Shown piece by piece: positions 57,694 through 64,000 of a stretch of 64,000 bases of DNA; position 1 is the first letter of the stretch; every line of letters begins with the position of its first letter. The stretch lies in IMG/VR virus record IMGVR_UViG_3300045971_000577, positions 305,146 through 369,145 of that record. One strand, written 5' to 3'. Under the pieces are notes generated by a model that saw nothing but the letters and a program-made list of their open reading frames with translations, did no database searches and was not told the DNA's origin. Position numbers and translations under genes: made by a program.

Positions 57694-57779
57694 CTGCCTC
57701 ATTCATCGGTCCAAGACCATTGAGCCACTACATGCGAGGCTGCTGCTGCCTCATTCATCGGTCCAAGACCATTGAGCCA
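57694..57779 (+). repeat. 34-bp direct repeat, two copies, 18-bp spacer
   Basis: CTGCCTCATTCATCGGTCCAAGACCATTGAGCCA at 57694 and 57746. Confidence 0.9.
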
Positions 57780-57807
57780 ACGCGGTGAGACCGCGTGACG
57801 ATCCGCC

Positions 57808-57949
57808 AGATGTAACAAGGTGTAACAACGGTTGCATTGATGCGCAGTGGTGTTATAGTTATGACATGGAGACAGCAGTGCAACAGCAAGCAAACAAGCA
57901 AAACTGTTACACTTTAGTTGTTGTCCAAAGCGCCCCAAAGAGTTATAGT
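57808..57949 (+). promoter_or_regulatory. Two tandem rightward promoters, the first with a double box
   Basis: AGATGTAACA-AGGTGTAACA-4-TTGCAT-16-TATAGT; TTGTCC-17-TATAGT. Confidence 0.7.
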
Positions 57950-57994
57950 TTAGTCACTGCAACACACGCTGCAAAGCAGCAAGAAAGGTAGACC

Positions 57995-58534
57995 ATGGAC
58001 AAGGGAATCCGCCCGTACGTGAACGCCAAGTTCATCGAGCTCAACGCCCAGCGCAAGGCGGGCACGCTGACCAACACGCAGTTCCGCAAGAACGTGATGT
58101 GCGACGCGATGGAAGCGTTTGGCATCACCCTGGCGAGCGCCGCGACGCACTACAACCATGCGTTCCAGGCGGTGAAGGCGGCGACACCGACGGAAGTGGA
58201 AGGCCTGGGCCGCCCCGACGACAAGAAGGGCGGGCGCAAGCGCAAGGAAGTCGCAGCCCCGACGGTGGCCAGCGTCATCCCCGTGGACCCGGCCGCGCTG
58301 CTGCAAGGGCTGCTGAATGCCCCGGCTGCGGTGCAGGTGGAGACGGCGCAAGCCGTGGAAACGCCCGCAGCCGACCCCAACGACGCCGGCGAGACGGGCG
58401 AAGTGCAGACGGTGTTCAACGTGTGCAAGAAGTCCGACGGCAGCGTGGTGGCAGAAGGCGTGAGCCTGGAAGAAGCCAAGGCGCTGGTGGAAGCGGCGGC
58501 CAAGGCCAAGAAGGCCAAGCTGTACTGGGTCTAA
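57995..58534 (+). CDS. Hypothetical protein, MDKGIR paralogue A (possible HTH-like DNA binder)
   Basis: FRKNVM...FGITLASAATHYN..GLGRP; paralogue at 61642-62070. Confidence 0.8.
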   Translation: MDKGIRPYVNAKFIELNAQRKAGTLTNTQFRKNVMCDAMEAFGITLASAATHYNHAFQAVKAATPTEVEGLGRPDDKKGGRKRKEVAAPTVASVIPVDPAALLQGLLNAPAAVQVETAQAVETPAADPNDAGETGEVQTVFNVCKKSDGSVVAEGVSLEEAKALVEAAAKAKKAKLYWV

Positions 58535-58550
58535 GCACCCAAGGTGGGAA

Positions 58551-58570
58551 GGGGGCGCAAGCCCCCTATT
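58551..58570 (+). terminator. Terminator hairpin
   Basis: GGGGGC-GCAA-GCCCCC-TATT. Confidence 0.65.
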
Positions 58571-58613
58571 CGCGCGACCAAACCCAGGTCAGAATGCAAG
58601 AGAGGAATCCAAA

Positions 58614-58808
58614 ATGATCAGTGTGATTCTGGTTGATGGAACTACCCGCATGCACATGCCGAGCAGCCGGTGGTCATTGGACGTGCAGGCCTCGTTGGCT
58701 CAGAAGGGCCACCAGCTGCAAGACCTCGGACCTGCTCCGGAGAACGACCCGCGCGATGAGGCCGAGAAGGCACGCGTCATGGAGCTTCTCGACTCCACAG
58801 GGCTGTAG
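58614..58808 (+). CDS. Small hypothetical protein
   Basis: GAGGA RBS. Confidence 0.6.
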   Translation: MISVILVDGTTRMHMPSSRWSLDVQASLAQKGHQLQDLGPAPENDPRDEAEKARVMELLDSTGL

Positions 58809-58815
58809 CAAGATC

Positions 58816-58920
58816 AGCCTCGGAACACGTCGTGAGATCGCTGATCCGACCTTCCGAGGCTACCCTGCGACATGCCTCGGGCGCGCTGTCGAGGCCCGTT
58901 GATCCTACCGCCCGAGGCAT
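58816..58920. repeat. Two GCCTC...GAGGC stem elements
   Basis: AGCCTCGGAA/TTCCGAGGCT (10 bp) and ATGCCTCGGGCG/CGCCCGAGGCAT (12 bp). Confidence 0.85.
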
Positions 58921-58961
58921 GTAACAAGATGTAACGGGGCAAGATGTAACTGGATGTAACA
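58920..58961 (+). repeat. Four TGTAAC boxes with no promoter
   Basis: TGTAAC at 58920, 58930, 58945, 58955. Confidence 0.85.
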
Positions 58962-59133
58962 ATCCAGTTCCGAGATTGAAACCCGTGCAGGCTTTCTACA
59001 CAGGAAACCTATTCAAGAGAAAAGGCCTATTAGGCCTAATCTCGTTTCCGAATCACACTACCCGGGATGCTTGCAGCTAGCGTTTAGCTATGCATTAGCC
59101 ATTTTCTGGCTAATACATTCGGCTACTTCGTGC

Positions 59134-59382
59134 TTACAGCACAAAGCCGTTGACGCACGGGGACGGGGCAAGCTCGGGGTCGCTAAACATGTCCGCCAGC
59201 ACCATGTCCATCTGGCAGTCATCCGTCTCGGGATCGTCAGCTGCCAGAACAGCATCGCCAAGGGCAGCGGCAACGCGCTTGCGTTGCCGCTCGTTGATCA
59301 CGATCGTGTACGTCCCGGGGTCGGGCATGCTGTGCTCGATGGGCATCTCGTAGGGCTTGAGCGTTGCGGGCGTGATGGGCAT
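59134..59382 (-). CDS. Small hypothetical protein
   Basis: AGGA RBS; promoter TTGCAT-17-TATACT at 59408-59436. Confidence 0.7.
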   Translation of the reverse strand: MPITPATLKPYEMPIEHSMPDPGTYTIVINERQRKRVAAALGDAVLAADDPETDDCQMDMVLADMFSDPELAPSPCVNGFVL

Positions 59383-59566
59383 GCTGTGTCCTAGTTGCTA
59401 TGCTTACAGTATAATGCAGAGCAGGAAGCAATGCAACCTGCTGTTTGATCTCAAGCTGCAAAGGCCTCTAGGCGTTTAGGCTCATAGGCCAAGATCCTGT
59501 GCGAGAACTTGTCGTAGGATTTGGACCTGTATTTCCAAATCTGGTCACGAATTTTAAATCGGAAAG

Positions 59567-59812
59567 TTAGGCAGTGTCTTTTGACCGCATGCACTCGCAC
59601 TCGTGTTGCTCAAGCTGAGTAAGCGTATCCGGCTTTGCTTCGCGTGCATTCGCTGGGTCGTTAGCCCACTTGCGGTCTTGCTCTACAAAATGCTTCTCGC
59701 CGTACACACAAAGCCCGACCGCCAGCAGGGCGAGGAGTGCCCCGCCCATGTGTGCAGTTGTTAGACCGTACAGGGCAATGAAGCCAAACAGGAGTGCCAA
59801 GCTGCGCATCAT
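59567..59812 (-). CDS. Small membrane protein
   Basis: Start MMRSLALL, ATGA-coupled; hydrophobic hairpin. Confidence 0.65.
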   Translation of the reverse strand: MMRSLALLFGFIALYGLTTAHMGGALLALLAVGLCVYGEKHFVEQDRKWANDPANAREAKPDTLTQLEQHECECMRSKDTA

Positions 59813-60051
59813 GACTTCCTGAACACCACGATGTTGGGCGCGACCTGCTCGATGAAGTACCAGGCGCCAAACAAGAACGCCAGGATGTTGATCACAGGGC
59901 AGAGAGTTACTGTGAGTCCAATGAGCAGGTTTGACAGCGTCAAGGTCTTCTCGCTCTCCAGCGTGGCATGCTTCATCTCGTAATAGGTGCAGAAGCCGAG
60001 CATGCCACCAGTCAGCAGCACGCACGCCAGGTAGAGCAAAAAGAAGCTCAT
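59809..60051 (-). CDS. Two-TM membrane protein
   Basis: Start MSFFLLY, ATGA-coupled. Confidence 0.7.
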   Translation of the reverse strand: MSFFLLYLACVLLTGGMLGFCTYYEMKHATLESEKTLTLSNLLIGLTVTLCPVINILAFLFGAWYFIEQVAPNIVVFRKS

Positions 60052-60326
60052 GCCATCAGCCCCTCGTAGATGTGCTTGTTGTTGTTGATCAGCGCCAGCA
60101 TCTCGCAAATTTGCTTGAACACACGCACGGCCTCCTCGTCGAACTCCTTGTACAAGAAGTCAACGTCGGTGATCTGCGCCCAAGGTACGTCGACATCGTA
60201 CCGGTTCCAATTGGGCCTGTGCAAGTCGTCAAGCATCACATTCACCCCGCGATGGTGGATGTCCATGACGATTACGCGAGTGTCGTCACTCAGCGTCACG
60301 TTCTCAGTGCGGGTGATTGTGTTCAT
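60048..60326 (-). CDS. Hypothetical protein (probably leaderless)
   Basis: TTGACA-17-TACAAT (60333-60361), then 6 nt and ATG. Confidence 0.75.
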   Translation of the reverse strand: MNTITRTENVTLSDDTRVIVMDIHHRGVNVMLDDLHRPNWNRYDVDVPWAQITDVDFLYKEFDEEAVRVFKQICEMLALINNNKHIYEGLMA

Positions 60327-60338
60327 GTTTGTATTGTA

Positions 60339-60464
60339 TTAGTCCTGCTGCGGTTTGTCAACAGGCACTTCGGTTTGTTTGGGCTGTTCCTGACCTTCCA
60401 TTTGTTCCAGGAAGTCGTCAAGGTCATTGTCGGGAATGCTGCCGTGTTCTTGTTGTTTGGTCAT
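60339..60464 (-). CDS. 41-aa acidic peptide (not in the ORF track)
   Basis: MTKQQEHGSIPDNDLDDFLEQME..; AGGAG RBS; promoter TTGACT-17-TATAAT at 60485-60513. Confidence 0.6.
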   Translation of the reverse strand: MTKQQEHGSIPDNDLDDFLEQMEGQEQPKQTEVPVDKPQQD

Positions 60465-60509
60465 TTCCTTCTCCTGCTGTTAGTATTATACTTAGCAGAA
60501 TGGAAATAG

Positions 60510-60908
60510 TCAACGGCGGGCTATCTGATCCTGCGGCCACTTCGCCCTTACCTGGTAGCGGCGTAGCTCTGCAGGAGTGCTGAACTGTTGGTGTGCATTG
60601 TAGAACCAATACTGCTGAGCTTCACGCTCGTGCAGGATCACAATCGGCTCATACCGGAACTCGGGGAACTGGGTTGCCGTAACATCGACTACATGATCAG
60701 CAGTGATTACGAACACATGGGCGCCCACATCGTCTTCGGACATGTGCATCTCTGCCTCGATCCCTGCTACCTTGAGTCGCTTGTGCAACTCCGAGGAAGC
60801 GATTGCACAGAACCCGCAGAGCGTGTGCTTCGAGTACAGCGGGTCCTGCGCTTCGGCCCACTCACGCACCTCTTGCGCGATGTTGCGAATGCGTTGCAGC
60901 GTGCTCAT
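60510..60908 (-). CDS. Putative papain/transglutaminase-like Cys-His-Asp enzyme
   Basis: Start MSTLQR (ATGA-coupled); GFCAIAS, AHVFV, VVDVTATQF. Confidence 0.6.
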   Translation of the reverse strand: MSTLQRIRNIAQEVREWAEAQDPLYSKHTLCGFCAIASSELHKRLKVAGIEAEMHMSEDDVGAHVFVITADHVVDVTATQFPEFRYEPIVILHEREAQQYWFYNAHQQFSTPAELRRYQVRAKWPQDQIARR

Positions 60909-61132
60909 CCGAAGCAGATGCCCTTCTTGACCATCGTGTCCGGCGACAGCGCGGAGCACACGATCTTGTGCTGGGTGGTATTGTAGAGCAGGTAGTCCTT
61001 CATGCAACCTGCAGCACGGTACAGCAGCACCATGCGCGATTCAGCGATGTCGACGCTCTCACCGCGGTGGATGAGTTTGTCCTTCTCCATGCTGTCGTCT
61101 GCATCGGTTTCGTAGACTTCGTACATAGCCAA
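60905..61132 (-). CDS. Small hypothetical protein
   Basis: AAGGAG leader; likely start at the second Met. Confidence 0.7.
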   Translation of the reverse strand: MAMYEVYETDADDSMEKDKLIHRGESVDIAESRMVLLYRAAGCMKDYLLYNTTQHKIVCSALSPDTMVKKGICFG

Positions 61133-61181
61133 CTCCTTGCTGCGATGTATGTATTATGCAGGGACTAGCCCTGCATGTCTA
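61133..61181 (-). promoter_or_regulatory. Early cassette promoter with leader
   Basis: TAGACA-17-CATAAT-ACATACATCGCAGCAAGGAG. Confidence 0.8.
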
Positions 61182-61187
61182 CCACTT

Positions 61188-61469
61188 TTAGGCGGCCGGC
61201 CCCACGCCGCGGATGTAGTAGCTCAAGTACGTGGCCCGCGTGCTGAAGCCCTTTGCGGTCAGTTCCTTGTTGATTTCTTCCACCACAGGGCGGATGTGCT
61301 GGGCGCTGCCGACATCGAACGCCACGTAGCGGACGTTGCAACCGCGGCGCTCACGCGGGGCCAGGCCCACCGGCAAGTCGGTGTAGCTCTTCATGTACTT
61401 GATACGTGCGTTGTCCAACGCCTTGCGCACCACTGCGCGGAACTCCAGGGTAGTTGCAGGATAGGGCAT
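61188..61469 (-). CDS. Small basic hypothetical protein
   Basis: Start MPYPATT after AGGA. Confidence 0.7.
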   Translation of the reverse strand: MPYPATTLEFRAVVRKALDNARIKYMKSYTDLPVGLAPRERRGCNVRYVAFDVGSAQHIRPVVEEINKELTAKGFSTRATYLSYYIRGVGPAA

Positions 61470-61475
61470 TGTGTG

Positions 61476-61540
61476 TCCTGTATGTTGCGATGTATGTATT
61501 ATGCGCTGATAGGACACACAGGTCAACCTCTGTTACATCT
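61476..61540 (-). promoter_or_regulatory. Early cassette promoter with box and leader
   Basis: AGATGTAACA-4-TTGACC-17-CATAAT-ACATACATCGCAAC. Confidence 0.85.
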
Positions 61541-61602
61541 CTGGCCTCACAGCATGTTTTGCGATCGATCAAGATGCATTGCGAGGCATCTTAGGCCAAA
61601 CG

Positions 61603-61623
61603 AAAAGGGGCCGTAGCCCCTTT
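61603..61623 (-). terminator. Terminator
   Basis: AAAAGGGGC-CGTA-GCCCCTTT. Confidence 0.75.
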
Positions 61624-61641
61624 GTGCCCTTGCTTGTTGCG

Positions 61642-62070
61642 TTAGGCTGCCGTGCCTTCCAGCACCACGGGCGTCACCGCCAGTTGCAGCAGCTCGCAAT
61701 CCGTCACATCGGACATCGTGGCTGGCGTGCCTTCCAGCAGCAGGGCAGCCGTTTCAGCCGGGTCCAGCGCGACGATCGGGATGCCAGCAGCGGTCTCGGT
61801 CTTCTTCTTGCGCCCGCCGTTGTTCTTGCCTTCCGGGCGGCCCAGGCCGCTGACCAGTTCCGGCGTCGCGGCCTTCACCAGTTGGAGCGCGTCGTTGTAG
61901 TGCGTCGCCGCGGATGCCAGCGTGCAGCCGAACTGTTCCATCAGCGTCGCCATGACGTGCTTGCGGAACGTGGTGTTGCCCTTGTCGCCAGTGAACGCCT
62001 GGCCCTTGCGGCGCAGTTCGTTTTGCTCGACGAACAGGTTGCGAGCGAAGCTGCGAATTCCCTTATCCAT
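61642..62070 (-). CDS. Hypothetical protein, MDKGIR paralogue B
   Basis: FRKHVM...FGCTLASAATHYN..GLGRP. Confidence 0.8.
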   Translation of the reverse strand: MDKGIRSFARNLFVEQNELRRKGQAFTGDKGNTTFRKHVMATLMEQFGCTLASAATHYNDALQLVKAATPELVSGLGRPEGKNNGGRKKKTETAAGIPIVALDPAETAALLLEGTPATMSDVTDCELLQLAVTPVVLEGTAA

Positions 62071-62114
62071 TTGTGACTCCTTCTTGCTACTGTGTAGCGT
62101 GTTGCGATGTAGTT

Positions 62115-62157
62115 ACTATAGCAGCGGTGGGCCTAGTGGTCTACCACTGTTACATCT
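62115..62157 (-). promoter_or_regulatory. Early cassette promoter with box
   Basis: AGATGTAACA-4-TAGACC-17-TATAGT. Confidence 0.8.
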
Positions 62158-62158
62158 T

Positions 62159-62437
62159 TTAGGCCAGCAGCACCACCGTGAGTTGCACGCGGAACGTGAT
62201 GCCCAGGTGGTTGAACAACTCCTCGAGGATGAAATCTGCAAGGTCGACGTCACAACGCATGAGGCTGTCGACGTACTGATCGAAACCCGGGATGTCGTCC
62301 TTCATCAGCGGGTCCCGCATGCAGTCGAGGCTGATGAGCACCTTCTGCTTGCCTTCCGGGCTGAAGCTGTTGCTGTCGTCCTGTTCGAAACGGCGACGCA
62401 GGTTGCTGATGCTGTGAATGACAGTGTCGACTGACAT
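62159..62437 (-). CDS. Small hypothetical protein
   Basis: Own promoter TAGACA-17-CATAAT at 62466-62494. Confidence 0.7.
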   Translation of the reverse strand: MSVDTVIHSISNLRRRFEQDDSNSFSPEGKQKVLISLDCMRDPLMKDDIPGFDQYVDSLMRCDVDLADFILEELFNHLGITFRVQLTVVLLA

Positions 62438-62504
62438 GGCGTTGCTTTGTTGCTGCGATGTATATATTATGCAGGGCTGGTCCCTGCATGTCTACCACTT
62501 TATG

Positions 62505-63368
62505 TCAGCCCATGAAGCTCAACGGAATGCCAACCTTGGCGCAGTTTGCCTTGAAGGTCCCACGTGCCAGCTGGCGATCGTAGCCGTTGGCGGCAATCAT
62601 GGCAGCGATGATCGTTTCGTAACCGTGGCCAGCGCGGTAACCCTGCAGCATGATGCGACGGCTGATGCTCGCCTTGCTTTCACCTGCAGCGGGCAGCACG
62701 TTGGGCGCAGGCAGGATGCAGCGCGGAGCAGGGGGCAGCAAGCGCGGAGCAACAGCGGGCACATACACACGGGCTTGCACAGGCAGCGCAGGGGCCACGG
62801 TCATCGTGGGCTGCTTCACGATGGGTGCCGCAAGCGTCTGCCCACGCGCACCAACGATGCTGTACGCACAGGCTGCGTGGATGCTGCCCTTGTTGTGGCG
62901 CAGGCGGATGGTAGTGCCCAGCTGGATCTTGCGGTGGTGACGGTCACCAACGCGCACCGTGTGCCCCTTGTCGCTGGTGTATTCGTACGTGATGCCCTTG
63001 CCGTACACCACTTCCTCTTGGTGACGCGTGCGACCGCTGCCGCCCAGGGCGAGGCAGATGCGCTCCCAGCCCGCGTCGTGGTTCTTGCCCAAGTCCGGCT
63101 GGATGAAGCACAGGATGTGCGCGTATTCGTGCGGCACAGTGCTGTTGAGCACGTGATCGAAAGCTTCACGCGACAGCATGTCGGTGTTGAACTTCACGAT
63201 GTAGTTGGACATCACCGGGTCGCGGTACTTCAGCCCGTGTGCCTTGCCAGCCGCCTTGCCCTTCAGGTCGAAGCTGACGCGCACGCGGGACATGTCCACG
63301 TTGTAGAGCTGATACGCACGGGCAACGACTTCCTTGCACTTGGCAAGGATTTGTTCACGGGGCGTCAT
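62505..63368 (-). CDS. SprT-like zinc metalloprotease with C-terminal extension
   Basis: KAAGKA, TVPHEYAHIL, HDAGW. Confidence 0.85.
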   Translation of the reverse strand: MTPREQILAKCKEVVARAYQLYNVDMSRVRVSFDLKGKAAGKAHGLKYRDPVMSNYIVKFNTDMLSREAFDHVLNSTVPHEYAHILCFIQPDLGKNHDAGWERICLALGGSGRTRHQEEVVYGKGITYEYTSDKGHTVRVGDRHHRKIQLGTTIRLRHNKGSIHAACAYSIVGARGQTLAAPIVKQPTMTVAPALPVQARVYVPAVAPRLLPPAPRCILPAPNVLPAAGESKASISRRIMLQGYRAGHGYETIIAAMIAANGYDRQLARGTFKANCAKVGIPLSFMG

Positions 63369-63377
63369 TTTTGCTTG

Positions 63378-63443
63378 CTCCTGTTTGCTGCGATATATGT
63401 ATTATGCAGTCAGGAACCGGTCTGGTCGACCACTGTTACATCT
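63378..63443 (-). promoter_or_regulatory. Early cassette promoter with box and leader
   Basis: AGATGTAACA-4-TCGACC-17-CATAAT-ACATATATCGCAGCAAACAGGAG. Confidence 0.8.
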
Positions 63444-63446
63444 GCC

Positions 63447-63554
63447 TCACACTGTGTCGTCAATGCTCGTGAGCAGGAACAAGAGGCCAAAGACCCAGTG
63501 CCCTGTGTAGAAACAGAACACCGCCATCAGCAGAGGAGTGGTTTGAAACTTCAC
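63447..63554 (-). CDS. 35-aa membrane micro-protein (GTG start)
   Basis: MKFQTTPLLMAVFCFYTGHWVFGLLFLLTSIDDTV. Confidence 0.55.
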   Translation of the reverse strand: MKFQTTPLLMAVFCFYTGHWVFGLLFLLTSIDDTV

Positions 63555-63564
63555 GTGCCTTGCC

Positions 63565-63666
63565 TTAGATGCTTGCGGCAATGACAAAGCACACGAGGGC
63601 GATCACCCAGTGTCCAGTGACAAGGGCGATGACGCCAGCGAAAACCAATGCTACGGATGTGCTCAT
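63565..63666 (-). CDS. 33-aa membrane micro-protein
   Basis: MSTSVALVFAGVIALVTGHWVIALVCFVIAASI; GAGG RBS. Confidence 0.6.
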   Translation of the reverse strand: MSTSVALVFAGVIALVTGHWVIALVCFVIAASI

Positions 63667-63668
63667 GC

Positions 63669-63923
63669 TTACCTCGGGCTGCTAACACGGAAGTGGAAAT
63701 CACGCGGGGCACGACCTTCGAGACGTGCCAGCTGACGTTCGATGGCCTGAACATCAGCGATCTGCGATTGGATGCGGACCATGGCGCCGGGCCACGAATC
63801 ACCGAAGCGGGCCACCTCGCCGTTGTGCTCCGAGATGACTTCGTAGAGACCCTCCAGGGCTTCCCAGTCAGTCGCTTCGTTGGCGTAACGGATGAACTCG
63901 TCACGCGTCATCGGCTTCGACAT
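63669..63923 (-). CDS. Small hypothetical protein
   Basis: Start MSKPMTR after AAGGAG. Confidence 0.75.
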   Translation of the reverse strand: MSKPMTRDEFIRYANEATDWEALEGLYEVISEHNGEVARFGDSWPGAMVRIQSQIADVQAIERQLARLEGRAPRDFHFRVSSPR

Positions 63924-63930
63924 GTTGTTG

Positions 63931-63980
63931 GCTCCTTGCTGCGATGTCTGTATTATGCACGCAAGGAGCCACCCTGTCAA
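63931..63980 (-). promoter_or_regulatory. Early cassette promoter with leader
   Basis: TTGACA-17-CATAAT-ACAGACATCGCAGCAAGGAG. Confidence 0.85.
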
Positions 63981-64000
63981 CCGCTAGTTGAACGCCTGCC

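Noticed and set aside
57694-57779. Mini CRISPR array
   Set aside because: Only two repeats, an 18-bp spacer, no recognisable CRISPR repeat end and no cas genes in the window
62418-63584. 388-aa + strand ORF and other long antisense ORFs in the GC-rich region
   Set aside because: Shadow ORFs expected at high GC; the - strand genes have the promoters, RBSs and motifs
54338-63980. Classical integron with attC cassettes
   Set aside because: GTTACAT does not fit GTTRRRY, each unit has its own promoter, and no tyrosine recombinase is in the window
46727-64000. Stop-codon reassignment explaining the many short ORFs
   Set aside because: Long core genes read normally in code 11, and the short ORFs have their own starts, coupling and C-terminal motifs

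Overview
This window comes from a large T4-superfamily-like (probably jumbo) myovirus and has three zones. (1) 1-46.7 kb holds virion and late genes. The head module has gp23 capsid, gp22 scaffold, gp21 protease and gp20 portal. It is joined by Gly-rich/PKD decoration proteins, a SET-domain protein, three MobE-like HNH endonucleases, a GH108 endolysin, a resolvase-like nuclease and gp46/gp47/gp55. A baseplate and fibre operon follows (gp53, gp5, M15 peptidase, gp25, gp6, a 3191-aa wedge protein, an S74-chaperone fibre). Late genes are preceded by a variant late box, GATAAATA, and a 660-bp structured non-coding gap lies at 13.7-14.35 kb. (2) 46.7-54 kb is an AT-rich accessory region (DEDD exonuclease, Imm). 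It contains a tandem array of 16 mostly translationally coupled small paralogues that share only a central Trp and a C-terminal F-x-x-E-x-D-A-x-x-F-K/R-L-x-F-G motif. (3) 54.1-64 kb is an abruptly GC-rich early-type region with about 21 sigma70 promoters, mostly in one- or two-gene cassettes. Twelve carry an AGATGTAACA box fixed 4 bp upstream of -35, and most share the leader ACATCGCA(A/G)CAAGGAG. The box belongs to a set of 10-bp-phased GTAA(C/G) repeats. The non-coding gaps carry about 11 GCCTC-N(32-45)-GAGGC inverted elements, five of them in a regular array overlapping a probable ncRNA. All calls are from reading the sequence and ORF track by eye; no database search was run.
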